Source: Candidatus Saccharimonadota bacterium (GTDB taxonomy: Bacteria; Patescibacteriota; Saccharimonadia; Saccharimonadales; Saccharimonadaceae). From it: 32,000 nt of DNA. The stretch is from positions 450,001 to 482,000 of the forward strand of contig CP064995.1 in assembly GCA_016700015.1 (NCBI GenBank). Reading direction: 5' to 3'. The notes under the pieces were generated by a model. That model did no database searches. It was not told the origin of the DNA and worked only from the letters and a program-made list of their open reading frames with translations. Position numbers and translations under genes: made by a program. Below, piece by piece: positions 24,038-32,000 of this stretch; within the stretch, counting starts at the first letter, position 1; every line of letters begins with the position of its first letter.

Positions 24038-24427
24038 TTAGTGGCGAATTACTTTTTGTAGGCGTTTTGCTTGAGCAATATACTGCTGCAGTTCATCGAT
24101 CGATGGCGCCGTTCGTGGTGACTGCGCTCGAAGCGCTTCATGTAGCGCTTCTGGACGACGATAGGCAAGTTTTGGAATGGTCGTAACACCCGCGTGATAA
24201 AGTAAGTGAGCATGAGCCGGGGCAATGTCGCAAATCCGGCATAAGTCCGCTTGGTGTACGTACTGCTCAATTTCAGCCAGCCCGAGACAGGTTTCGTCTG
24301 CCAGCTTAAGCCGGCCCAGCGGAGTTGCACCGACTTCGAGTAATTGCTTCGCAGTGTGAATACCTACGGCATGAAACGCAGTTACTCGTTTTGGCGTCAT
24401 GCCTTTCATTTCAGTAATCTGTGTCAT
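24038..24427 (-). CDS. DUF4332-like helix-hairpin-helix protein
   Basis: 129 aa with two HhH-like units (MKGMTPKRVTAFHAVGIHTAKQLL and ICDIAPAHAHLLYHAGVTTIPKLA), as remembered for DUF4332. Its stop overlaps the SD of the downstream DUF937-like gene. Confidence 0.6.
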   Translation of the reverse strand: MTQITEMKGMTPKRVTAFHAVGIHTAKQLLEVGATPLGRLKLADETCLGLAEIEQYVHQADLCRICDIAPAHAHLLYHAGVTTIPKLAYRRPEALHEALRAQSPRTAPSIDELQQYIAQAKRLQKVIRH

Positions 24428-24555
24428 ACGCGAGGTACACCTCCTTTATGCGCTGTCTGTCCTATATTATACGCCTGGTCCTCAAACATAGATACAGTTT
24501 AGCCACGAAAGTGATTATTTCACTGCTTATGGTTATGGTGTATACTACGGATTGT

Positions 24556-26961
24556 ATGAACAATAACGAAAAACACTCTATGGGTCAGTACTTACGCGCG
24601 GTCAATTATTTGACAGCAGCGCAAATTTTTTTAGCAGATAACCACCTCATGACGCGTCCGATTACGTTTGATGACGTTAAAAGTCGCTTGCTGGGGCACT
24701 GGGGGAGTGGGCCGGGTATCAATTTTGCCTATGCACACCTCAGTCGTTTTGCTAAAAAATATGACCACGATATGATGTTTGTACTCGGCCCGGGACACGG
24801 TTTTCCGGCGCTGCAGGCCAATTTGTTTCTTGAAGGCACTTTAACCTTAGCTGACCCTACACTCCAGGTGAATCTCGACGGTATTCGTAGGCTATGCAGA
24901 GGTTTTAGCTGGCCGTACGGCTACCCCAGCCACTCTAACCCCGAAACTCCTGGTGTCATACTGGAGGGTGGCGAACTCGGCTACTCACTGAGTACAAGTT
25001 ATGGCGCCATCCTCGACAACCCTGGGCTCATAGTCGCTTGCCTTGTTGGTGATGGAGAAGCTGAAACCGGACCCACGGCAGGTGCCTGGCACCTAAATAA
25101 GCTTGTCAATCCACGCAAAGACGGCGTAGTACTGCCGATCTTGCATCTCAATGGCTACAAAATCAGTCAACCGACAATTTTCGGACGCATGAGTAACTAC
25201 GAACTCATGACACTTTTTAGCGGCTACGGGTACGAGCCTCGCATTGTTGACACAACAAACTGTACAGAGGGAGAAGCACATGACCGCATGGCTGAGACAC
25301 TCGACTGGGCACAGCAAATTATCGAAGAGATAAAAGCGACGACTGACACCGTTAGTCCTCGCATGCCGATGATTATCATGCGCACCCTAAAGGGCTGGAC
25401 AGGTGTCAAGAACCTACCCAATGGCGACAAGATCGAAGGCAACTGCCTCGCACACCAAGTTGTCCTCAACGAGGCCAAGACCGACCCCGAGGAGCTAAAA
25501 CTTCTCAACGAGTGGCTGGGTGGCTACAAATTCGACGAACTCTTTAGCGAAGAAAAGGGCTTTGGTGATTTTGTCAGCGATATTCTGCCTGATACGCTTG
25601 AAAAGCGCATGGGGATGAGCCGTCATGCTCACGGTGGACCTGCCGTATACAAACCGCTTAGCTTGCCACCAGTAGAGCAGTTTGCCGAGGACGCTACCGT
25701 ACCCGGAACGATGGGTAGCAGCAGCATGCGCCGCAGTGGATTGTATCTCGAAGAAGTTTTTCGTCGCAACGCCGACAGTAAAAACTTCCGCTTTATGAGC
25801 CCTGATGAAACCTACTCTAATAAACTTGATGATATCTTCAAAGCTACCAGCCGAAGTTGGCAATGGCCAATCACGAGCTGGGACAAAGACCTCTCTCAGG
25901 ATGGGCGAGTGATGGAAATGTTGTCAGAGCACAATATGCAGGGCCTTATGCAGGGCTATGTACTCACAGGCCGCCATGCTATGTTTGCTAGCTATGAAGC
26001 CTTTTTACAGGTGGTGAGCAGTATGGTCGACCAGTACGCCAAATTCCTCACACAAAGCCGTGGCGTCGAGTGGCGTGGTACCATTCCAAGTATAAACTAC
26101 ATTCTAACAAGTAGCGGGTGGCGCCAAGACCACAACGGATTCAGTCACCAGAACCCCGGGTTTATCGACGACTTACTACGTCGTCAGAGTAACTTTTCAG
26201 ATGTCTACTTCCCAGCAGACGGCAACTGTACGCTTGTAGTACTCGAAAAGATGCTCACCAGTGTGCGCCAAATCAATGCAGTTGTTGCTGGTAAGACTGT
26301 TGAGCCACGCTGGCTCACTGTCGACAAGGCCCGACAGCAAATTGATCAAGGTCTCATGATCTGGGACTTCGCGAGTGATGACAACCCCGACCTAATTATG
26401 GCAGCAGCAGGTGATTACCCTACCAAAGAAACAATGGCAGCAATCGATATCATCAAATCCGAAAGGCCAGATGTACGCATTCGCTGTGTGAATGTTAGTA
26501 GCCTTACAACCATGGGCTTCGGCACACTCAACAATACTGCCGATCAAAAGTTTTTCGACCACATATTTACCGAAAACAAGCCAGTCATTTTCAACTTTCA
26601 CGGCTACCCGCAAACTGTTAAAAGCGTGCTATTTAACTACGCTGTCGACAGTACTCGATTTGATGTGCGCGGCTATAAAGAAATCGGGAGCACCACCACC
26701 CCCTTTGATATGCATGTCCGCAACGAGACCAGCCGTTATGACCTCGTGATTGCCGCCTTTAGACAGCTCGGTCACGATGGCGTAATCCCCTTCGAAGAGG
26801 CCGAGCATTTAGCAGCTCAGTATAAAGCAAAAATTGATAAAAATACTGAATACATCAAAGCCAATGGTATTGACCTACCTGAATTGGATGCTTGGGTGTG
26901 GCCGCCTGCACGTAACCTTGAGCGTGCTCAGGAGGAAGAGTGGCACGGTCAGACGAACTAG
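24556..26961 (+). CDS. xfp: Xylulose-5-phosphate/fructose-6-phosphate phosphoketolase
   Basis: YLRAVNYLTAAQIFL, GHWGSGPG and EGGELGY motifs; about 800 aa. The start is set at ATG 24556, 9 nt after TATACT (24541-24546). The track's extension from 24421 overlaps the divergent promoter region. Confidence 0.9.
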   Translation: MNNNEKHSMGQYLRAVNYLTAAQIFLADNHLMTRPITFDDVKSRLLGHWGSGPGINFAYAHLSRFAKKYDHDMMFVLGPGHGFPALQANLFLEGTLTLADPTLQVNLDGIRRLCRGFSWPYGYPSHSNPETPGVILEGGELGYSLSTSYGAILDNPGLIVACLVGDGEAETGPTAGAWHLNKLVNPRKDGVVLPILHLNGYKISQPTIFGRMSNYELMTLFSGYGYEPRIVDTTNCTEGEAHDRMAETLDWAQQIIEEIKATTDTVSPRMPMIIMRTLKGWTGVKNLPNGDKIEGNCLAHQVVLNEAKTDPEELKLLNEWLGGYKFDELFSEEKGFGDFVSDILPDTLEKRMGMSRHAHGGPAVYKPLSLPPVEQFAEDATVPGTMGSSSMRRSGLYLEEVFRRNADSKNFRFMSPDETYSNKLDDIFKATSRSWQWPITSWDKDLSQDGRVMEMLSEHNMQGLMQGYVLTGRHAMFASYEAFLQVVSSMVDQYAKFLTQSRGVEWRGTIPSINYILTSSGWRQDHNGFSHQNPGFIDDLLRRQSNFSDVYFPADGNCTLVVLEKMLTSVRQINAVVAGKTVEPRWLTVDKARQQIDQGLMIWDFASDDNPDLIMAAAGDYPTKETMAAIDIIKSERPDVRIRCVNVSSLTTMGFGTLNNTADQKFFDHIFTENKPVIFNFHGYPQTVKSVLFNYAVDSTRFDVRGYKEIGSTTTPFDMHVRNETSRYDLVIAAFRQLGHDGVIPFEEAEHLAAQYKAKIDKNTEYIKANGIDLPELDAWVWPPARNLERAQEEEWHGQTN

Positions 26962-26962
26962 C

Positions 26963-28144
26963 ATGGCGCTGATTTTGGTAGCAAATCCAGGTAGTTCATC
27001 ACGCAAATATGCTCTCTACGATGATGGGCCGGACTTACGTGGTACCATGCACTTTGAGATTGAAGATGATCGACTCATCTGTACGCTAATAGAAGCAGGT
27101 GAAGGTGAGCGCCGACTCGATCTCGACTTTGACAAGCTGAGTGATGCAGCGACGCATGTTGAGCAACTCTTTGCACGTGAAGGCCTGCTCAAGGACGATG
27201 AACGTATAACACACATAGGCTTGCGCATCGTGGCACCAAGCAGCTACTTCATGCGTGACCATATCGTTACAGACGAAGTCGTCAATAAGCTTGAGCAGCT
27301 CTACGAGCTGGCACCGCTGCACATCGCCGCTTCACTAGGCGAGCTCAAATTTCTGCGTCAATCACTGCCTCAGGCGACAATCGTCGGCGTGTCCGACAGT
27401 GCATTTCACGCCACCAAACCACCCTATGCCTGGAACTATGGTATCGATATCCATGATAGCGACCGGCTCGATATCAAACGATTCGGCTATCACGGTATAT
27501 CGGTAGCAAGCGCCGTTGATGCGCTATGGAACAAAGGCAAGCTGCCGCCAAAAGTGGTTGTCTGCCACCTTGGTAGTGGTTCCAGCATCACCGGCGTATT
27601 CCACGGCAGGAGCATCGACACCACCATGGGCTACACGCCCCTCGAAGGCTTGCTGATGGCAACACGTAGCGGCAGTATCGACGCTGGCGCACTGCGCGCC
27701 CTGAAAAAGGGCCTAGAAATGAATGACGATCAGCTCGAAGATTACTTGCATACCAAATCCGGCCTGTTGGGCATTGCGGGGAGCGGCGATATTCGCAGCC
27801 TAATTGACAGAGAAGCCGACGGTGACCACATGGCGCACCTCGCATTGACCACTCTTGTTCACACCATTCACAAAGCTATCGGCAGTATGGTGGTCGCTAT
27901 GAACGGCTGCGACTTGCTGGTATTTACTGGTACCGTAGGGGAACGCTCAACCGTGCTGCGCAAACGCATCGTCGCGCACCTTGAATTCATGGATTTTGCA
28001 CTTGATGGTGAGCTCAACGAAGCCTGCACGTCACCAGATACGATGACCACCATCAGCCAAGCAGCCAAATCACGCCCCATCTTGGTCATTCCCGCCAACG
28101 AATCGCTGGAAATTGCCAGGCGCGTTGCCAAAACTACTGCATAA
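26963..28144 (+). CDS. ackA: Acetate kinase
   Basis: MALILVANPGSSSRKY N-terminus and RFGYHGISV motif; 393 aa. ATG 26963 lies 2 nt after the xfp stop. The track start 26834 is an in-frame extension inside xfp. Confidence 0.9.
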   Translation: MALILVANPGSSSRKYALYDDGPDLRGTMHFEIEDDRLICTLIEAGEGERRLDLDFDKLSDAATHVEQLFAREGLLKDDERITHIGLRIVAPSSYFMRDHIVTDEVVNKLEQLYELAPLHIAASLGELKFLRQSLPQATIVGVSDSAFHATKPPYAWNYGIDIHDSDRLDIKRFGYHGISVASAVDALWNKGKLPPKVVVCHLGSGSSITGVFHGRSIDTTMGYTPLEGLLMATRSGSIDAGALRALKKGLEMNDDQLEDYLHTKSGLLGIAGSGDIRSLIDREADGDHMAHLALTTLVHTIHKAIGSMVVAMNGCDLLVFTGTVGERSTVLRKRIVAHLEFMDFALDGELNEACTSPDTMTTISQAAKSRPILVIPANESLEIARRVAKTTA

Positions 28145-28161
28145 CCGGCACATTTTTTGAT

Positions 28162-28182
28162 AGCAACCATGTTGCTTTTTTA
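28162..28182 (+). terminator. Intrinsic terminator after ackA
   Basis: AGCAAC (28162-28167), loop CAT, GTTGCT (28171-28176), then TTTTTT. Confidence 0.6.
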
Positions 28183-28249
28183 TGCATTTCGTGCTGTAAT
28201 TGTACTGATGATACCGAACATCGGTATCCGTACCTGAGAGGAGGCGGCC

Positions 28250-28585
28250 ATGACCGCCCTGACCACGAAATCGCTCGCCGCGTTGCTTGCAGAGCGAGCC
28301 GAGCTCGTCGCACGCTGCGAAGGGCTGATCAAAGCGATTAGCATACGTCCAGGCTCCTTCACCTACATGAAAGATTCCACTGACGCTAGCAAGGCGTTGG
28401 TCCTGGACGCACTCGAACAGACCATCGCTCGCATCGACCGCGAGATCGCCAGTCTCGGTGACATCCAGGACACACCATCACCGCAAGATGCGCGAGAGTG
28501 GACCCAACCAGAGACAGCGTCTGCAGCAACACACCAGCTGTCCTGCGGCTGCGCCAATGAGTTGTGCACTCGCCTTAACGCATAG
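28250..28585 (+). CDS. Orphan protein (111 aa, helical/coiled-coil-like, CGC...C at the C-terminus)
   Basis: GAGGAGG lies 5 nt upstream of ATG 28250. It has its own terminator and a putative TTGCTT-17-TGTAAT promoter. No family recognised. Confidence 0.55.
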   Translation: MTALTTKSLAALLAERAELVARCEGLIKAISIRPGSFTYMKDSTDASKALVLDALEQTIARIDREIASLGDIQDTPSPQDAREWTQPETASAATHQLSCGCANELCTRLNA

Positions 28586-28591
28586 CACACA

Positions 28592-28627
28592 CCGCCCAAC
28601 CCCACCAGCGGGGAAGGGCGGCTTTTC
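28592..28627 (+). terminator. Intrinsic terminator of the 28250-28585 cassette
   Basis: CCGCCC-AA-CCCC (28592-28603), loop ACCAGC, GGGG-AA-GGGCGG (28610-28621), followed by CTTTTC. Confidence 0.55.
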
Positions 28628-28707
28628 ATATGCACGACACATATTGCGCTACGTCCCCCTCGGAGTGTGCTACAATACGTGCTAGATTAGCGTAAACGGA
28701 ACACACC

Positions 28708-30099
28708 ATGACAAACCCCTACACCTGGCTTCATGACCTTGTCGGCGATCATCAACAACACGCCCGAGCTGCGCAGCACGAAAAGAACCTTCAGCACGCC
28801 CAAAAGCACTATGGCAAATTCGGCCGTTTCATCCGCGTGCTCGGCCCGGGTGTCGTCACTGGCGCTGCCGACGACGATCCGAGCGGAATCGCTACCTATA
28901 GCCAGGCTGGGGCTGTCTTTGGTTACGGGCTGCTGTGGCTGTTCCCAATCATGTATCCGCTGCTACTCGCGGTGCAGGAAAGCTGTGCGCGCATTGGGGC
29001 GGTGACTGGTGACGGCCTGGCAGCTATTTTAAAACGCCATTATAGCAGAAAGGTACTTTTAATTGCCGTTCTGCTTGTTGTGGTTGCGAACACAGTCAAT
29101 ATCGGTGCCGATCTAGCTGCAATGGCCGCGACAACCCAGCTGTTACTGCCGAGCATACCACTTGGTTTTTTTGCTATCTTCTTTGCTATCGTCTGCGTAA
29201 TCATGCAGGTGACCGTCCCCTACAAACAATATGCCAAAATTCTTAAATGGCTGGCGATTGCACTGTTCGCTTACCCAGTAACCGCGTTTCTGGTCGGACA
29301 GCCATGGGGCGAAGTATTAACCCGAACTGTGTGGCCGCAAGTAACAATCGACAAAGAGACTATCTATATCATGGTTGGTATCCTTGGCACGACCATTAGC
29401 CCCTATTTGTTTTTTTGGAATACAAGCGAGGTTGTGGAGGGCGAGGTTGAAACGCATCGAATTGCCACCTCATCCGGCAAGGGCGTTCCTCGCATTAGCA
29501 AGGCATTTATTCGCAGCATTCGCATCGACAACGTAGTCGGCATGTCACTCGCGTCAATCTCGGCTTGGTTCATTGTCATCGCTTGCGCCTCAGTGCTCCA
29601 TGCCAATGGTATTACCAAAATCGACACTGCCGCTGACGCTGCGGCGGCACTTGAGCCACTCGTCCAAGGCTTTCCTAACGCAGGGCTAGTCGCAAAACTA
29701 CTGTTTTCTGTTGGTATCATCGGCATCGGCCTTCTTGCAGTACCAGTACTAGCAGGGTCTTCGTCATATGCAATTAGCGAAGCACTCGGCCTGCGTGAAG
29801 GGTACTACCGTAAATTTAGCAAAGCACATGGTTTTTACGGCATTATTGCACTCGCCACAGTTGCAGGTCTCATTATTAACTTCATCGGCATCGATCCTAT
29901 TCAGGCGCTCATATTTACTGCAGTATTCAATGCAGTTGCTAGTGTGCCGCTGCTATATATGATCTGGCGTGTCGGCAATAACCGCGATGTAATGGGCGAG
30001 TACAAGAACGGTAAGTGGAGTAACATCGGTGTGGTTACCGCGTTTTTGTTGATGGCAGCAGCAAGCTTTGTATTATTCTATTCTACTCTGCCACGCTAA
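28708..30099 (+). CDS. NRAMP/SLC11-family transporter with a non-canonical metal site
   Basis: GPGVVTGAADDDPSGIATYSQAGAVFGYGLLWL is the NRAMP TM1 region, but it reads DPSG where DPGN is expected. The TM6 region reads GTTISPY where AxxMPHN is expected. Confidence 0.85.
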   Translation: MTNPYTWLHDLVGDHQQHARAAQHEKNLQHAQKHYGKFGRFIRVLGPGVVTGAADDDPSGIATYSQAGAVFGYGLLWLFPIMYPLLLAVQESCARIGAVTGDGLAAILKRHYSRKVLLIAVLLVVVANTVNIGADLAAMAATTQLLLPSIPLGFFAIFFAIVCVIMQVTVPYKQYAKILKWLAIALFAYPVTAFLVGQPWGEVLTRTVWPQVTIDKETIYIMVGILGTTISPYLFFWNTSEVVEGEVETHRIATSSGKGVPRISKAFIRSIRIDNVVGMSLASISAWFIVIACASVLHANGITKIDTAADAAAALEPLVQGFPNAGLVAKLLFSVGIIGIGLLAVPVLAGSSSYAISEALGLREGYYRKFSKAHGFYGIIALATVAGLIINFIGIDPIQALIFTAVFNAVASVPLLYMIWRVGNNRDVMGEYKNGKWSNIGVVTAFLLMAAASFVLFYSTLPR

Positions 30100-30333
30100 A
30101 TATGATTGTGTCATGGTTATGATAATTTTGACAGACGAGCAAACGCCATCGTAACCTACAAGTACACCATTTCAACATGTGACAAATTCACTAGACAAGT
30201 ACAAGTGTTTCCGTTTGCATGGGTCTGTAACTGCTAGGTAAGTGTTTTCGCTGCACACAGCTTCTAGCACACCACACATAAGTGTACATGGTACCATGCG
30301 ATAGCATAGTACTATTGTGATACAATACTTGAG

Positions 30334-31635
30334 ATGAAAAACGTGCGACATGCCACCCTATCGCTCGATAAAGTAGTCGGTGGCGGACAAACCATCGGCA
30401 CGCTTGCAGATGGCCGTAAAGCACTGGTGTGGGGCGGACTACCCGGTGAAGAGGTCGAGATACAGATCACGAAGAAAAAGTCCCGTTTCGTAGAGGGGGT
30501 TGTCGCACAAGTGCTCGCAGCATCGGACGAGCGCATCGAGCCGCTTGATCCCACCAGCTACCTCAGCACAAGCCCGTGGCAGATTATGGATTTTGCAGCG
30601 GAACAACACTACAAGGCCGCGCTCATCGAAGAAGCATTTGAACTTCACGACATCGTACTGCCCAACCCAATCGAAGTCTATACAGATGGTCAAACAGTGC
30701 ATTATCGCAACAAAGTTGAATTTAGTTGGTTTGGTGATACGGGTGAGCAAGGTGATATTCTGAATCTCGCTTTTTTCCATAGAGGCAGTAAGGGAAAGAT
30801 CGTAGTGGATGACTGCTCACTGCTGCCGCCCCCAGTAATGCAACTTGCGCGCATAATTCGCGACAGCTTGCAGGCTCGTGGTGCAAGCGCAAGGCAGCTT
30901 AAAACACTCCTTATTCGCTGCGATCAGCAAGGAAATTGCGCCTGGCAGCTTTATGTCAAAGATCCAGACTTTGATTTTATCGATGCAACAACTGCGAACG
31001 CACTACCTGCGCTGGGCGGTGAAATTATATATAGCGACCCCAAAAGTCCTGCGAGTCGCATTACTCGGCGACTAGCGTCATTTGGGGCACCAGTTCTTAA
31101 TGACAGTATTTTTGGTAATCATTTTCAATACTCTCCAGAAAGCTTTTTCCAGGTCAATCTCCCTGTCTACAAAGAGGCGCTAAAGGACATGATGGACTGG
31201 ATAACTGATGGGCGACTTGTCGACCTTTATAGCGGGGTCGGAAGTATTGGTCTAAGTATCACCAAAGGTAGCGTTGACCTAGTGGAGATCGACGAACATG
31301 CCGTAAAAGAAATGAGGGTCAATATAGCGTCTCAACAACGCTCAGCAACAGCCCGCGCGATACTAGCTCCAAGCGAAAAAGCGCTTGCGTACATCACCTC
31401 TGACGCAGTCATCGTCGTTGACCCGCCTCGAGCTGGATTACACCGCGACGTTATTGACCGCCTGCTTGAAGTACGACCAGATTGCATTATTTATTTAAGC
31501 TGCAACCCAGTAACACAAGCTCGTGATATTGCTTTGCTATCTTGTGTTTACGGTATCCGCTACCACAGAGGCTACAATTTTTTTCCTCGAACTCCACATA
31601 TCGAACATCTTATCATTTTATACAAAAAACACTAG
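30334..31635 (+). CDS. RumA/RlmD-type 23S rRNA (uracil-C5)-methyltransferase with an N-terminal TRAM-like domain
   Basis: VDLYSGVGSIGLS (SAM motif I), VVDPPRAGL and IYLSCNP with the catalytic Cys. TACAAT (30321-30326) lies 7 nt upstream of the ATG. Confidence 0.85.
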   Translation: MKNVRHATLSLDKVVGGGQTIGTLADGRKALVWGGLPGEEVEIQITKKKSRFVEGVVAQVLAASDERIEPLDPTSYLSTSPWQIMDFAAEQHYKAALIEEAFELHDIVLPNPIEVYTDGQTVHYRNKVEFSWFGDTGEQGDILNLAFFHRGSKGKIVVDDCSLLPPPVMQLARIIRDSLQARGASARQLKTLLIRCDQQGNCAWQLYVKDPDFDFIDATTANALPALGGEIIYSDPKSPASRITRRLASFGAPVLNDSIFGNHFQYSPESFFQVNLPVYKEALKDMMDWITDGRLVDLYSGVGSIGLSITKGSVDLVEIDEHAVKEMRVNIASQQRSATARAILAPSEKALAYITSDAVIVVDPPRAGLHRDVIDRLLEVRPDCIIYLSCNPVTQARDIALLSCVYGIRYHRGYNFFPRTPHIEHLIILYKKH

Positions 31636-31667
31636 CATTATTGTATATATGTTTGTATAATGACCCT

Positions 31668-32000
31668 ATGAAGTACGGTGCTCGTAGGGGTTTTACGCTA
31701 GTTGAAGTGTCGGTAGTAATTGCGCTACTCTCTGTCCTGGCATCAGTAACAGTCGTATCGTTCTCGCAAGCACAGCGCCAAGCGCGTGACAAAAGCCGTG
31801 AAGCAAACGCACAAATTATCGCTGGAGCATTAGAGAAATATTATGTCGCCAATGGCGAATATCCCGGCTGCAACAGAATTTCCCTCGATGCCGCTACTGT
31901 TACGTCGCAATACCTAATTGGCGTCGACAAGTCTGTATTGCGCATGCCACAAGACACCGCACCCGACGACAACTCCATTACTTGCGGTGAGGCGACACTA
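31668..32000 (+). CDS. Type IV pilin-like protein, 3' end outside the window
   Basis: MKYGARRG/FTLVEVSVVIALLSVLASVTVV prepilin signal. TATAAT (31656-31661) lies 6 nt upstream of the ATG. Confidence 0.8.
   Translation, partial: MKYGARRGFTLVEVSVVIALLSVLASVTVVSFSQAQRQARDKSREANAQIIAGALEKYYVANGEYPGCNRISLDAATVTSQYLIGVDKSVLRMPQDTAPDDNSITCGEATL

Noticed and set aside
24421-24555. N-terminal extension of phosphoketolase in the ORF track (start 24421), and likewise the acetate kinase extension (26834-26962).
   Set aside because: The xfp extension covers the divergent promoter, includes the TATACT box, and is not part of the conserved phosphoketolase N-terminus. The ackA extension lies inside xfp, and the conserved MALILVANPGSSS start is at 26963.
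1-32000. Looked for CRISPR arrays, rRNA genes, further tRNAs, prophage or integrase genes near tRNA-Gln, and canonical defence or toxin-antitoxin modules.
   Set aside because: No regularly spaced direct repeats, no rRNA-like conserved stretches, no integrase or recombinase apart from the IS30 transposase, and no recognisable defence-gene motifs were seen by eye. Absence cannot be proven without searches.

Overview
All calls come from reading the sequence and ORF track by eye. No database search was run, so family names rest on recognised motifs only.

The window is a gene-dense bacterial chromosome segment of roughly 50% G+C. Gene content suggests a reduced-genome, CPR/Saccharibacteria-like organism, though this is an inference. 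The supporting genes are two orphan type IV pilins, a phosphoketolase-acetate kinase pair, a DHH phosphoesterase and many transporters, together with many apparently leaderless genes.

Housekeeping genes in order:
- rplL (3' part), tdk, dnaX, dnaB, a polytopic GT-C-like membrane protein, ybaB and recR.
- An nrnA-like gene, cysS, an AI-2E transporter and a P-type ATPase.
- A SulP-STAS transporter, an NMO-family flavoprotein, a DUF817-like protein and tRNA-Gln(UUG).
- A pilin, a DUF937-like gene (frameshifted), a DUF4332-like gene, xfp and ackA.
- An atypical NRAMP-family transporter, a RumA/RlmD-type methyltransferase and a second pilin (truncated by the window end).

No rRNA gene or CRISPR array was seen.

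Accessory or unusual content:
1. Three self-contained orphan cassettes that are GC-richer than their surroundings and led by strong Shine-Dalgarno sites: 545-1192 (about two-thirds G+C, behind a textbook promoter), 9772-10089 (abutting an intact IS30-family element) and 28250-28585.
2. At least 13 native genes have a -10 box only 6-11 nt upstream of the ATG, implying leaderless mRNAs.
3. An A8 tract lies in the dnaX linker, and both alternative frames stop shortly after it (candidate tau/gamma recoding site).
4. The SulP-STAS transporter carries a C-terminal nucleotidyltransferase-like domain.
5. CysRS carries an insertion of about 78 aa next to the GWHxEC motif.
6. RecR lacks the Cys4 zinc finger.
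7. The NRAMP homologue lacks the canonical Mn-site residues.
8. The DUF937-like gene is broken at a T5/A5 homopolymer.
9. GTAC-cored palindromes cluster upstream of the methyltransferase gene.
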